In this document: positions 25,137 to 35,029 of the stretch, one piece after another
How positions within the stretch are numbered: position 1 is the stretch's first letter
How the letters are laid out: each line of letters begins with the position of its first letter
Source of the DNA: a virus
Taxonomy: Duplodnaviria > Caudoviricetes
Reading direction: 5' to 3' (one strand)
DNA length: 64,000 nt
IMG/VR virus record: IMGVR_UViG_3300046615_000768
Coordinates: 1-64,000 of that record
Notes under the pieces: generated by a model
What the model saw: the letters and a program-made list of their open reading frames with translations, nothing else
What the model was told of the DNA's origin: nothing
Database searches by the model: none
Made by a program: the position numbers and the translations under genes

Positions 25137-27757
25137 TGGCGTACTCGAACGCGATCTTCTATCTCGATCCTGACCTCGGGAACGATGCCGCACGCACCGC
25201 TCTGACGACGGTGACGGTATCGAACCCGTCGGGCACGATCACGCGATGCAACAAGACGGCCCACGGCCTGGTCACTGGCGCAATCGTGGACCTGACGCTG
25301 TTCACCGCATGGCTGAACGGCGCATGGAAGATCACGGTCGTCGACGCCGACAATTTCGACCTCGACGGCGCCGTCTGGCAAACGACGGCCGACAACAACG
25401 GCACCGTCACCCCTCGGGGCGGATCGTCCATGGCCGATGCCTGGAAGACGGTGGTCAGCGGCGTCACCGCCGCCCGTCATGCGGACGGCGACACCATCCG
25501 TATCAAGGCCAGCCCTGACCCGACCTCGATGGGGCAGAACGCAACGTGGACGGACGGTACGCAGGGGGTCCAGCGCGCCATTGTCAGTAGCACCAACGCA
25601 AGCCCGATCGTCGTCACCCTTTCGTCTGCGAACTACACCCTGCTCGCGCCTGTCGTCGGCGACACCGTCATCGTCAACGCCCACAGCACCAACACCAACG
25701 CCAACGGCGTGTGGACCGTCTCGGCGGTCAATGGCAGCACCTCGATCACGCTGCAAAGCGAACAGGGCGTGAACTCGGTAGGCAACGGTGTGGGCGGGGC
25801 GACCGGCACGGTTCGCAAGATCACCAATGCCGTGGTCCGGCTGACGACGCCGGCGACGAAGAACATCGCCCTGTTCGGCAACCAGGGGCAGAAGCCCAAC
25901 TGGTCGGCGTCGGCCAACGTCACGAACACCGTCATCCAGTCGGACTTCCGGGAGGGTGGCGAGTGCCAGCAGGTCGCCGTCGCGCTCGCTTTCACGACCG
26001 GCCTGGCCGCGTACTTCCCGACCGGCACGCTGGACCTGTCCGGCTACCAGCAGGTAGCGTTCTGGATCAAGCAGACCGCCGGTACGCTCGGCGCTGCCGG
26101 AGCCGTCAGCCTCAAGCTGTGCACGGACGTTGCCGGCGTCACGGGGGTGCATACCCTGAGCGTCCCGGCCATTGTGAACCTGAACCAGTGGACGCCGGTC
26201 GTCGTCGACCTCGGCGCCAACCTGAACGCCGCCATCAAGTCGGTTGCGCTCTACGTAAATACCGACAACGGCGCACAGACCTTCTTGCTCGACAACATCA
26301 TTGCGTGCAAGGCGTCGTCGAGCGCGGATTCGCTGACACTGACCTCTCTCATCAGCAAGAAGACCGGCACGGAGCCATGGTGGGGAATCCAGTCGATCAA
26401 CGACACCCGGATTCTGCTCGAACACACCGTCAACACGATCCCCGGATCGCCCTCGACCTCACGTGGCTACAGCGGCGTGACGGAAACGGTCCCGCTGTAC
26501 AAACGGGAAACCACGAAGCCACCGATGGTTGTTGGCGGTACTTTTTTCATTATCCCGAACAGGGGTGCGAGCGCCTCGGCCTATATCAGCTACTCCGGTG
26601 GCTGGAACCGAACCGATATGTCGACCCAGACCGGGGAAACGTGGTTTGACGGTCAATGCGGCCTCGGCACGGGCTTTTCGGATAACGGCATCGTCCGCTC
26701 CTACCTGAACATCGACAAGATCAACTTCGTCCGGTACGCAGTCGGCTTCACGAATTCGGCGGGGGCGTCGTTCGGCCAGCACATCGGGTCGATGTCGGTC
26801 ATCCACTGTTCATCGTCCAACATCACCCTCAACGGCTGGCAGACCACGGCAGATAACCTGGTCGGACTTGGTTCGTCCACCAACATCACCATCGGGAGTG
26901 GCTGTACGATCGGCACGATTTCGCGGGCAGATGCGTCGGCGAGCAGCGGCGTCGCGCTCGGTTCCGGGTCCAGCATCGCCACGGTGGTCCAAGCCAACAA
27001 CAACGGCTCAAGCGGGGTTGCAGCGTCGTCGATGACCACCATCGGGGCGATCAACACCGCCAACGGCAACAGCCAGTTTGGTTTGGCGGTAGGCAATAAC
27101 TGCGTGGTCGGGTACGTCAACGCGAACAACAACGTGATCGCTAACGTGTCTCTGCAAAGCACTTCGGGCGCAAAAATCCTCGGCGGTACGACTTCAGGGA
27201 ACACAATCGGCGTATCGGCGACGACCTCGGGCGTGTCGCTTGTGCGCAATTTCACTGCGAGCGACTCGACGCCCTACGCTGCGGCCAATTCCTTCTCCAA
27301 CTCGGTGATATGTTGCGAACGCCTGAACGGCATCGCGGACACGCACCTGATCACGACCGACGGCGGCACCATCATTTCTGCCACCGACCAGCGGAAGACG
27401 GCGAGCGGCATTTCGTGGAAATTCCGCCCAGCGAGCACGAACCGCAACAGCGCCTACCCAATGAGCCTCTCGGTGGCCAAGGTTGCTGTGGCGGCGAACA
27501 CGTCGCTCGCGGTGCAGATCAACACGCGGCGTGACAACGTCAACATCAAGGGCCGCATCAGGATCGTCGGTGGCCAGCTCGCCGGGGTGCCCAATGACGT
27601 GACGGTCGCATGCGAACCGGCCATCAACACCTGGGCGCTGTCGGACACGCTGACGGTCACGCCGACCGAATCCGGCGTCGTCGAAGTCATGTTCGACGTG
27701 TGGGACGGCGTCGGCACCACGAACAATTTCTGGATCGACGATCTCGTAATCGCATAA
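25136..27757 (+). CDS. Tail fibre/spike-like protein with a beta-helix and a carbohydrate-binding-like module
   Basis: YLDPDLGND...GSSMADAWKT N-terminus, DLSGYQQVAFWIK jelly-roll motif, Asn/Ser/Gly-rich beta-helix repeats. Confidence 0.65.
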   Translation: MAYSNAIFYLDPDLGNDAARTALTTVTVSNPSGTITRCNKTAHGLVTGAIVDLTLFTAWLNGAWKITVVDADNFDLDGAVWQTTADNNGTVTPRGGSSMADAWKTVVSGVTAARHADGDTIRIKASPDPTSMGQNATWTDGTQGVQRAIVSSTNASPIVVTLSSANYTLLAPVVGDTVIVNAHSTNTNANGVWTVSAVNGSTSITLQSEQGVNSVGNGVGGATGTVRKITNAVVRLTTPATKNIALFGNQGQKPNWSASANVTNTVIQSDFREGGECQQVAVALAFTTGLAAYFPTGTLDLSGYQQVAFWIKQTAGTLGAAGAVSLKLCTDVAGVTGVHTLSVPAIVNLNQWTPVVVDLGANLNAAIKSVALYVNTDNGAQTFLLDNIIACKASSSADSLTLTSLISKKTGTEPWWGIQSINDTRILLEHTVNTIPGSPSTSRGYSGVTETVPLYKRETTKPPMVVGGTFFIIPNRGASASAYISYSGGWNRTDMSTQTGETWFDGQCGLGTGFSDNGIVRSYLNIDKINFVRYAVGFTNSAGASFGQHIGSMSVIHCSSSNITLNGWQTTADNLVGLGSSTNITIGSGCTIGTISRADASASSGVALGSGSSIATVVQANNNGSSGVAASSMTTIGAINTANGNSQFGLAVGNNCVVGYVNANNNVIANVSLQSTSGAKILGGTTSGNTIGVSATTSGVSLVRNFTASDSTPYAAANSFSNSVICCERLNGIADTHLITTDGGTIISATDQRKTASGISWKFRPASTNRNSAYPMSLSVAKVAVAANTSLAVQINTRRDNVNIKGRIRIVGGQLAGVPNDVTVACEPAINTWALSDTLTVTPTESGVVEVMFDVWDGVGTTNNFWIDDLVIA

Positions 27758-27769
27758 AGGGAGGGACCG

Positions 27770-29665
27770 ATGGCTGCGCCCACCCAAGACACGATTCTCG
27801 GCCTCGACCTGGTCTATAACGGCCAGCCCTTCGTTCAGCGCGCACGCGGCGATGCCGGCGGCGCCTCGCTCGACACCGTCTTCAACGGCCAGCCCTTCGT
27901 GGCGACCGTCACCGGCTCGACTGGATCGGCGCAGCAGGGCGCCGTCAGCGAAGCGGCCAGTGCTGCCAGTTCGGCCACGGCCACCGTCAGCGCGGCGCGT
28001 ACCGTCAGCGAGACGGCAGCGGCCGACGCCACTGCCCAGCGCGTGTTCAGCACCGCCGCGCAGGGCACCGCCGCAGCCGCGGCGTCTTCGGCGCAGGATC
28101 GGTTCACCAGCATCGCAGCAGCCCAGGCCGAAACGGCAGGTGCTGCGGCCACGCAGGGCGCAAGCAGGACGACCGCCGGGGCGCAGGCAGAAGCGGCCAG
28201 TGCCGCCACCGCCCAAGACCGGCGCGTCAGTACCGCAGCGACGACCTCGAACCCGGCCAGTGCCGGGGCAGCGCAGGGCGCACAGGCCCAGGTCGCGGCA
28301 AGCGTCTCCGAATCGGCCACGCCTGGCAGCACGCAGGGAGCGGCAACGAACAAGCCCGCCGCCGTCGGCGAAGCGGGCAATGCAGGCTCCAGCAGCAGCG
28401 TCACCGCCGCCCAGCTGGCGGTACGCACCGAAGCGGCCAGCGCCGGAAATACGCAAGGTGCGTACTTCGCAGGCACGGCCACGACGACCGAGGCGGCCAG
28501 CAGTGGCAGCGCACAGAGCGCGGCGCGCACCCAGGCCGCGTCCACGACCGCCGTCGCCAGCGCAGCCGAACAGGTCAGCGCAACGAGCAGCAGGGGAGCA
28601 GCGGTCGCCGAAGCGGCCAGTGCCACCAGCAGCGAACAGGGCCTGACGGCCAACAACCCGGCGCAGGTCGAATCGGCCAACGCGGCCAGCACCGCCACGG
28701 CGATCGTTCGCGCGCTCGCAGGCCAGACCGAGCAGGCCACCGCCCTCGACGCCCGCAGCAGCACCGCGCGCAGCAGCAGGGGCGTGCTTGAGGCCGCAGC
28801 GGCGAGCGACACGCGCTCCGGGGCCACGGCCACGGCAGCAGCGCGACCGGAATCTGGCAACGCCCAGGCAACAGCCGGGGCCAGCGCACGACGCGATGCG
28901 GCCGTCAGCGAAGCGACAGCGGCGACCGACGCGGCAGCGGCGCAGCGCACGGCACCGGCGCAGCGGACCGAACCCGCAGCAGCAGGCGCGCAGCAGGCCG
29001 CGCTTGCGGCAGGCAAGGCCACGCAGGCCGACACAGCCCAGGCAGGGGCAGGGCAGGCCGCGCAGGCAGCGCAGCAGGCCTCGACGGTCGAAGCGGCGAA
29101 CGCACGCGACACCGCGAACGGCCTGGCCGACGGCACCAAGCAGGTCAGCGAACAGGCCAGCGCGCTCGATGCGGCCACCAGCAGCACGCTCGCAAGGTCG
29201 AGCAATGCCGCCATTGCAGCGGCAAACGACTTCATCGAGGCGATGGTCGCGCGCAGTGCCGAGATCCTCGAAGCGGGCAAGGCCGACACCCTCTTGGGCG
29301 CGCACCGCGACGTGTACGCTCTGGCGAGCGAGCAGGCCGACGCCGACGCCGAGCAGGATTCATACGGCAAGAACGAAGATGCTCAGTTCGAGCGCGGCAA
29401 TGCGTTCGACGCCTGCGACGGCGTCCGCACCCAATACGCCACGGTCGGCGAGGCGGCTGCGCCGGGCGACGTTACCGACGTGGTCGTCGCGGGCAACCTG
29501 TCGGCGCATCTGGCGATCTACCCAGCATGCGGGGGCGAGCTGGCCGCGCGTGCAGCGCTCCTCCCGCATCGTCCGCTGCACGTCGCCATACACCCGCAGC
29601 TCGATGCGAAGCTGGCCACGCGCCGCGCGCAGATCCCTCAACCTTTACTGGCAGAACCCGCATGA
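27770..29665 (+). CDS. Ala-rich 20-residue repeat structural protein
   Basis: Duplicated LDxVxNGQPFV at the N-terminus; consecutive 20-aa units such as IAAAQAETAGAAATQGASRT and TAGAQAEAASAATAQDRRVS. Confidence 0.75.
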   Translation: MAAPTQDTILGLDLVYNGQPFVQRARGDAGGASLDTVFNGQPFVATVTGSTGSAQQGAVSEAASAASSATATVSAARTVSETAAADATAQRVFSTAAQGTAAAAASSAQDRFTSIAAAQAETAGAAATQGASRTTAGAQAEAASAATAQDRRVSTAATTSNPASAGAAQGAQAQVAASVSESATPGSTQGAATNKPAAVGEAGNAGSSSSVTAAQLAVRTEAASAGNTQGAYFAGTATTTEAASSGSAQSAARTQAASTTAVASAAEQVSATSSRGAAVAEAASATSSEQGLTANNPAQVESANAASTATAIVRALAGQTEQATALDARSSTARSSRGVLEAAAASDTRSGATATAAARPESGNAQATAGASARRDAAVSEATAATDAAAAQRTAPAQRTEPAAAGAQQAALAAGKATQADTAQAGAGQAAQAAQQASTVEAANARDTANGLADGTKQVSEQASALDAATSSTLARSSNAAIAAANDFIEAMVARSAEILEAGKADTLLGAHRDVYALASEQADADAEQDSYGKNEDAQFERGNAFDACDGVRTQYATVGEAAAPGDVTDVVVAGNLSAHLAIYPACGGELAARAALLPHRPLHVAIHPQLDAKLATRRAQIPQPLLAEPA

Positions 29666-29985
29666 GCGCTATCTACGAAATCTTCGTGGGCAATGACACG
29701 GTGCTCGAAGTGCAGGGCCTGCGCAGCGATGTGACGGGCGAGCCGATGAACGCGGCCACGCTGGCGGTCACGCTGCTTGATGTCGGCGGGGCAGAGGTGG
29801 CGGGCCAGGTATGGCCGAAGCCGATGGCCTATGTTGGGGGCAGCAAGGGCCTGTACCGGGCGATGCTGCCGGCGACATTGCCCCTGGTGGCCGACGCCCG
29901 CTATACGGCGCGCATCACGGCCGACGCGGGGCCGGACCTGATCGGGACGTGGAACATGGAGTGCGTGGCGCGGCTGCGCAATTGA
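29662..29985 (+). CDS. Small Ig/BppU-like structural protein
   Basis: MSAIYEIFVGNDTVLEV...GSKGLYRA...YTARITAD; ATGA overlap. Confidence 0.6.
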   Translation: MSAIYEIFVGNDTVLEVQGLRSDVTGEPMNAATLAVTLLDVGGAEVAGQVWPKPMAYVGGSKGLYRAMLPATLPLVADARYTARITADAGPDLIGTWNMECVARLRN

Positions 29986-30026
29986 AAACCGCCCCGTAGG
30001 GCGGTGGAGAAGAGAGCAGGGCAGGG

Positions 30027-30323
30027 CTAGACGATCTCGAACCCGTGTATCTTCCAGGTGATCGCACTGCCGTCGCCGTCGGCGGCGGCGATCTGCGCGT
30101 CCTCCTCGTTCGTCGTGTAGTGGTAGGCGATGAGCGAAACGCTGTTTTCGTCCCGGTCGTGAAACTCTGCCGACGCGCTCCACTCGCAGAGGCTGTCACC
30201 GTGCACCGCACCGTTGTAGCCGACGCGGCCCGTGGGTTCGCAGTTGTGGGATTCGAGTTCGCGGACATTGTCCTCGCCGAAGACTTCCACGGCCTGCTCG
30301 CGGGTCAAAGTACCTTTTTTCAT
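30027..30323 (-). CDS. Hypothetical protein (antisense island)
   Basis: RBS upstream of MKKGTL. Confidence 0.6.
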   Translation of the reverse strand: MKKGTLTREQAVEVFGEDNVRELESHNCEPTGRVGYNGAVHGDSLCEWSASAEFHDRDENSVSLIAYHYTTNEEDAQIAAADGDGSAITWKIHGFEIV

Positions 30324-30346
30324 GATGTTTTCCTTGAGTGTAAGGG

Positions 30347-30598
30347 TTACGAGGCCCAGCCGCCGATCCCGTCCCACATGCTGTTAAGGTAAAAGCCGAC
30401 GCTGTTGTCGTTGCCGACCAGTGCTTCGGCTTGGTTATGCAGCCGGGTCATGGCGTCGAATCCGCCTACGTGATCGGTGGCGATGCCAATCAGCTCGATG
30501 TCGTGCTTGATTTCCTGGCCACGCGGGCCACGGCGCGCGTCGCTGTCCATCTGGTCCCACTCTTGCGTGAGCTTGACGAGAAGTTCTGGTGTTTTCAT
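30347..30598 (-). CDS. Hypothetical protein
   Basis: RBS AGGAG; IGxxxxxxGGFDAM...WDGIGGW. Confidence 0.65.
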   Translation of the reverse strand: MKTPELLVKLTQEWDQMDSDARRGPRGQEIKHDIELIGIATDHVGGFDAMTRLHNQAEALVGNDNSVGFYLNSMWDGIGGWAS

Positions 30599-30609
30599 GT
30601 CGGATCTCC

Positions 30610-30825
30610 TTAACGTGGGTCGTAGCCAGCTTCGGCCAGGCTGCGAGCGATGGCCTCGATGCCGAGGATCATCATATTGGCGCGGACGCAGCGCTCGTTG
30701 TCGCTCAAGTGGGCCTCGGTGAAATCAAAGAAGGTGTCGAACGTCGAGCGCTTGCAGAACTGCGCGAGCTGCAAGGCGACAGCCGGGTCGAGGGTGACGG
30801 TGATGGTGACGGGTCCTTGGCTCAT
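30610..30825 (-). CDS. Hypothetical protein
   Basis: Start MSQGPV overlaps the upstream stop. Confidence 0.55.
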   Translation of the reverse strand: MSQGPVTITVTLDPAVALQLAQFCKRSTFDTFFDFTEAHLSDNERCVRANMMILGIEAIARSLAEAGYDPR

Positions 30826-31283
30826 GACCGCCTCCGCGTAGGGGGTACTGGCCGACGCGGGGCCGGCGTGACGCTCCGCGCATTCATCGCCTTTTCCTCG
30901 TCCGGGTCCACGAATAGCTCCCGCGTAATGCACATCATTTGGGCGTACACCCACCGCCACGACATATAGCGGTGCGACCTTTGCAGGGCGCCATGCTCCC
31001 TGCACGCCTTCCAGTGCGCGTCGGCCGCTTCCTGAAACCAGACATACTCGCCTTCGAGATCGAAGACCGGGTCGTTTAGCCAGCCTGCAAGCATCTTCTT
31101 GTCCTCATCCGACGCGTTGTCGGGGATGGCGGGAAACGGCGGGCCGTCGTATGGTTCGGGCTCAGGCTCGTACCAGTCAGGAATTTCGGTCGGGGCGTGC
31201 GCAGCGAAATAGTCCATCCGGGTGATTTCGGTGGACAGGAATTCCTCATGGGCGTTTGCCAGAGGGAGATCGGTGTCATTCAT
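30822..31283 (-). CDS. Phage hypothetical protein
   Basis: TRMDYFAAHA motif common in phage proteins. Confidence 0.6.
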   Translation of the reverse strand: MNDTDLPLANAHEEFLSTEITRMDYFAAHAPTEIPDWYEPEPEPYDGPPFPAIPDNASDEDKKMLAGWLNDPVFDLEGEYVWFQEAADAHWKACREHGALQRSHRYMSWRWVYAQMMCITRELFVDPDEEKAMNARSVTPAPRRPVPPTRRRS

Positions 31284-31295
31284 TTTGGAGCCTCT

Positions 31296-31748
31296 CTAGT
31301 GAAGTTGTGCGCGCAGCACGGGTTGCTGGTCGATGAAGCGGGGGTCGAACTCCGGGTCCCACGGGAACTTGCCGCTGGCGTCCGGCCAGACCAGCTGGAT
31401 CGCGGTGTAGTCCTCGTGCCGGCGCCGGGTAGCAAACATGTACTCGTCGGCTTTGGCGCGCGGGACGGCCACGAACTGCGCGGGCAGGCCGTTCGCCACA
31501 TCGTCGACGTTGGTGTCGAGCGGCACCGGGCCCTCTTCCTTCATGCGCAGGCAGATTTGATTGAGGAACGGGTGCGCGATCTGCATGGGCAGGCCGAAGA
31601 CGATCACGTCCGGCAGGCCATGCGCGGCCATGCCGACCGTGTAGGCGAATCCGGGAGTGTCCTCGCCAGGGAAAACGCCCTGAATCGCCCAGCCGTAGCG
31701 GGCGATCATCGCGTCCATTGAAGCGTCTACTTCTTTTCGTGTTTTCAT
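31296..31748 (-). CDS. DUF4262 family protein
   Basis: GWAIQGV...FAYTVGM...HGLPDVIVFGL...QLVWPD..GKFPW. Confidence 0.85.
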   Translation of the reverse strand: MKTRKEVDASMDAMIARYGWAIQGVFPGEDTPGFAYTVGMAAHGLPDVIVFGLPMQIAHPFLNQICLRMKEEGPVPLDTNVDDVANGLPAQFVAVPRAKADEYMFATRRRHEDYTAIQLVWPDASGKFPWDPEFDPRFIDQQPVLRAQLH

Positions 31749-31927
31749 CGTTTCTCCTTTGGGTTGGTGTTCTTCGCCTGTTCGGCCTTGTACGCCTTGT
31801 ACAGCGGGGAACGGTAGATGGTGGACAGGGCGATGTTCATGCGCCTGGCTGCGGCGTAGGGCGTCATGCCCTCCTCCGCGACCAGTTTCATCGCCTCGAC
31901 CGTGTCGGCTGATGGTTTCCCGCTCAT
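31745..31927 (-). CDS. Small HTH protein
   Basis: GMTPYAAARRMNIALSTIYR. Confidence 0.7.
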   Translation of the reverse strand: MSGKPSADTVEAMKLVAEEGMTPYAAARRMNIALSTIYRSPLYKAYKAEQAKNTNPKEKR

Positions 31928-31941
31928 GTTCCTCCTTCGTG

Positions 31942-32136
31942 TTAAAACCAACCCTCGTTCGGGTCGGTCAGGTCATAGTGACGCGCGAAGTTGTCCACGA
32001 ACGCCTCGGGCGTCGACGTGACGCCATAGGTTTCGTAGAGTTCTTCGAGCATGGTCGAATCGTCCCAGCACCAACGCTCCTTGGCATAGGCCAGGATGCG
32101 CTCCAGTACCGGGTCCGACGGGTCGGGATGACGCAT
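31942..32136 (-). CDS. Hypothetical protein
   Basis: Operon packing. Confidence 0.5.
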   Translation of the reverse strand: MRHPDPSDPVLERILAYAKERWCWDDSTMLEELYETYGVTSTPEAFVDNFARHYDLTDPNEGWF

Positions 32137-32139
32137 GGC

Positions 32140-32859
32140 TCAGCCCTCCGGCATGCGGGCGCGCTTCTGACCGTCGGCCAGCGTCAAGGCGCCACCCAGC
32201 TCGTTGTACAGGGCAGCTTCGTCGAGCTGCAGCTCGAACTTCGCGTGCGCCGATTGCACCGCGTCGTACAAGGCCGGCGCCGCAGCGATCAGGCGCGCAT
32301 CGGCGTGGTCGATGGCCTGCAGGCCGGCATCGGCCCGGTTGATCTCTGCGATGTAGCCGTCGCCGTACTTGACGATGGACAGCGAATTCGGGTTGCCGTC
32401 GGTCGGCTCGACGTGCCATGGGCCGTCGGTGAAGCCGGCCACCGGGTGCACGGCAGGCACGGGCGGTTCCAGCAGGTGGTGCGCGGCGACGGTGATGGCT
32501 TCGGCGATGCCTTCGCCGTTCTCGTCACCCTTGCGCACGAAGAAGTCGCGCGTGAGGGTGGCCGCGTACTGGATCATGTCGGCACGTGGTGGCAGTGCGG
32601 CGCTCTCGATGACCCACTCGCCCAGCCAGAGGCCCATCGGGTTGCTGACCTCGTAATCGAACACACCCGGATAACCTTGGTCGCCGATCGCCTCGTCGGC
32701 ATAGTCGCGCATGGCCAGCAGCACGGGAACGCACTCCATAACTGCGTCGACCAGCTCGATTACACCCTGGTCCCACGCCTTGATGACATTCTTGTAGCCC
32801 GCGCTCTGCAAGCCTTCCATCACGAATGCGGCCGTGACAGCCGTATCTGCATGTTGCAT
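32140..32859 (-). CDS. Two-domain hypothetical protein
   Basis: YPGVFDYEV domain fused to a FTDGPW...ANARL-like (DHADARLIAAAPALY) phage domain. Confidence 0.65.
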   Translation of the reverse strand: MQHADTAVTAAFVMEGLQSAGYKNVIKAWDQGVIELVDAVMECVPVLLAMRDYADEAIGDQGYPGVFDYEVSNPMGLWLGEWVIESAALPPRADMIQYAATLTRDFFVRKGDENGEGIAEAITVAAHHLLEPPVPAVHPVAGFTDGPWHVEPTDGNPNSLSIVKYGDGYIAEINRADAGLQAIDHADARLIAAAPALYDAVQSAHAKFELQLDEAALYNELGGALTLADGQKRARMPEG

Positions 32860-32932
32860 GGTGCCTCCTGTTGGTTGACCGGGACCATTCCCGCGTGGGC
32901 GCTCCGACGCGTGTCGAAGCGCTGACGCTGGC

Positions 32933-33436
32933 TTAGTCTTTCAATGCGTCGATCTGGTCGCTGCTGATCCAGACACGTGCTGTCACATAGGCGCCCCACG
33001 GGTGCACGACATTCCCGGAAGGATCGACGTTGTCGATTTCGACGAATGCGTCTTCGTTGACCACCACGTTCGGAGGCAGCGGCTGCGCACGCGCAATGTC
33101 GCGGACTTCGTCGGCCTCTGGCAGCGCCCCGTAGTGGGTCAGGCCAGGCACCACGCCGTGATCGCCGTGGAAATGCAGCAGCTCAAGTTCGAGGCGGTTT
33201 GCGAACTCGAACACCAAGGCCAGATCCTGCGGCAGCAGCGCGAGCGGCTCGGGCTGTTCGGCGGTGGGGTAGGGCAGCGACACGAACAGGCCACCACGGC
33301 AGACGGCGATGTCGAAGTACGGCCACCCCGGCAGGGTTTCGTCCTTGCGAACCAGCCGATTGGCCGCTGTTTGCAGCTGACTGATGGTCGATTCGGTCAG
33401 GTGGTACAGGCACAGTTGCAGGTGAGTCTGAATCAA
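32933..33436 (-). CDS. Hypothetical protein
   Basis: C-terminal VNEDAFV...GAYVTARVWIS pattern. Confidence 0.6.
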   Translation of the reverse strand: MIQTHLQLCLYHLTESTISQLQTAANRLVRKDETLPGWPYFDIAVCRGGLFVSLPYPTAEQPEPLALLPQDLALVFEFANRLELELLHFHGDHGVVPGLTHYGALPEADEVRDIARAQPLPPNVVVNEDAFVEIDNVDPSGNVVHPWGAYVTARVWISSDQIDALKD

Positions 33437-33506
33437 TTCGTTCTCCGTCGGTTATCGGGGACAGCCCCCGCGTGAGCGCCCGCAAGAAGCAGGCGCTGAC
33501 ACTGGA

Positions 33507-33710
33507 TCAGTCCTCTTCTTCGAGCTGCGCTTCGACCCACTGCCAGTAGCCGCGCAGGGTCTGTTCCATATCGACGGCCTGACGCCAGTCGGTGCGCCGG
33601 TATTGCGGATGCTCGCCGTTGTCGCGCTCGGTGCTGTACTTCTGGCACAGCTCCTCGGCGGTCAGCAGCCGGTCGGCGCGTGCCAGTTCAGGCGGATAGT
33701 GCAGGCTCAT
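33507..33710 (-). CDS. Hypothetical protein
   Basis: GEHPxYxRxDW...TxxGYWxWV pattern. Confidence 0.6.
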   Translation of the reverse strand: MSLHYPPELARADRLLTAEELCQKYSTERDNGEHPQYRRTDWRQAVDMEQTLRGYWQWVEAQLEEED

Positions 33711-33720
33711 GGTGTTCTCC

Positions 33721-34233
33721 TCAGAGTTGGCCGTGTTCGACGAAAGAGTAGGACTGGCTGGCGGTGACGATGATGTGGTCGAGGATGCGCACGTCGACGA
33801 GGGCAAGGGCCTGCGTCATCGTGCGGGTCAAAAGAAGATCGGCTTCGCTCGGGTCCGGCGTGCCCGACGGATGGTTATGCGCGAGAAGCAAACTGTTCGC
33901 GTTATGCCGCAGGGCAGACTTCACCACTTCCCGAGGGTAGACGCTGGTCTGTGTCAGCGAACCACGGAACATTTCCTCCGTGGCGATCACGCGATTTTTT
34001 ACGTCCAAGAACAGCACGCAGAACACTTCATGGTCGCGGCTCCCGATGGACAGGCGCAGATAGCTACGCGCCGCATCAGGGCTCCCCAGCAGCTCCCCAG
34101 GTACGCGCATGCGGCGTTCGAGGATGGACAGCGCATGCCGGATCGTGGCGTCTTCGCGCTGACGTTTCAGCTCGTCGGGGTCCGGCGCCGCGACATACGC
34201 GACCTGGGCTTCGGTTGCCTTGCTCGTTCTCAT
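33721..34233 (-). CDS. radC: RadC-like JAB domain protein
   Basis: E-x-F...LFxGS...[27 protein letters not shown]. Confidence 0.92.
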   Translation of the reverse strand: MRTSKATEAQVAYVAAPDPDELKRQREDATIRHALSILERRMRVPGELLGSPDAARSYLRLSIGSRDHEVFCVLFLDVKNRVIATEEMFRGSLTQTSVYPREVVKSALRHNANSLLLAHNHPSGTPDPSEADLLLTRTMTQALALVDVRILDHIIVTASQSYSFVEHGQL

Positions 34234-34291
34234 CAAATCCTCCGTTATGGGTGGGTGACAGGGCGCCTGCAGGAGACTACCCCACGTCATC

Positions 34292-34320
34292 ACTATATAG
34301 CATGATGCTACATAGCTCAA
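34292..34320 (-). promoter_or_regulatory. Sigma70 promoter with a palindromic operator in the spacer
   Basis: TTGAGC-N17-TATAGT on the minus strand; TAGCAT-N-ATGCTA palindrome at 34298-34310. Confidence 0.7.
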
Positions 34321-34360
34321 GGCCTATCTGCGCACGTGCGGACGGCGGAAGGACACACAC

Positions 34361-35029
34361 ATGGACGACACCCCGAAGATGAAGGCCGATTGGGAGGCCA
34401 TTGAGAAGCAGTACCGCGCTGGCGTTCTGTCGCTGCGCGAGATCGCACGGCAGCATGGCGTGACCGACGCAGCCATTCGCAAGCGGGCCAAGGTCAATGC
34501 GTGGGAGCGTGACCTGACGGCGAAGGTGCAGGAGAAGGTACGGCTAGAGCTGGTACGCACAGAGGTACGCACCCCCAACACGCGCGAGCAAGTGCGTACC
34601 GAGCGCGAGATCGTCGACAGCGCCGCGGCCACCGTCGTCCAGGTGGTGCGCGAACACCGCAAGGACATCAGCAACGGTCGCACGCTTGTATCGCTGCTGG
34701 CGTCCCAGCTGCTCGACGTGGCTGGCCACCGCGATATCTTCATGGACGCGATCGAGGCCGAAACCGCTGACGACGAATCGGGCGAGCGCCGCGCCAAGAT
34801 GCTCAAGGCCGTCTCGCTGCCGGTGCATGCGGCGACGATCCGGGACCTGTCGAACGCGATGAAGAACCTCGTGACGCTGGAGCGGCAGGCGTTCAGCGTC
34901 GGCGACGCACCGATCGAGAAGCCGGAGGAGCCGGCGAGCGCGACCCAGGTCGACGCCGGCTTCGCCGACCTGCGCGCCGCGTTCAACAAGCGCCTGAAAA
35001 AAGACGACGATGCCCCTGCAGCTTCCTGA
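34361..35029 (+). CDS. terS: Terminase small subunit-like protein
   Basis: DWEAIEKQYRAGVLSLREIARQHGVTDAAIRKRAK HTH; directly upstream of terL. Confidence 0.75.
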   Translation: MDDTPKMKADWEAIEKQYRAGVLSLREIARQHGVTDAAIRKRAKVNAWERDLTAKVQEKVRLELVRTEVRTPNTREQVRTEREIVDSAAATVVQVVREHRKDISNGRTLVSLLASQLLDVAGHRDIFMDAIEAETADDESGERRAKMLKAVSLPVHAATIRDLSNAMKNLVTLERQAFSVGDAPIEKPEEPASATQVDAGFADLRAAFNKRLKKDDDAPAAS

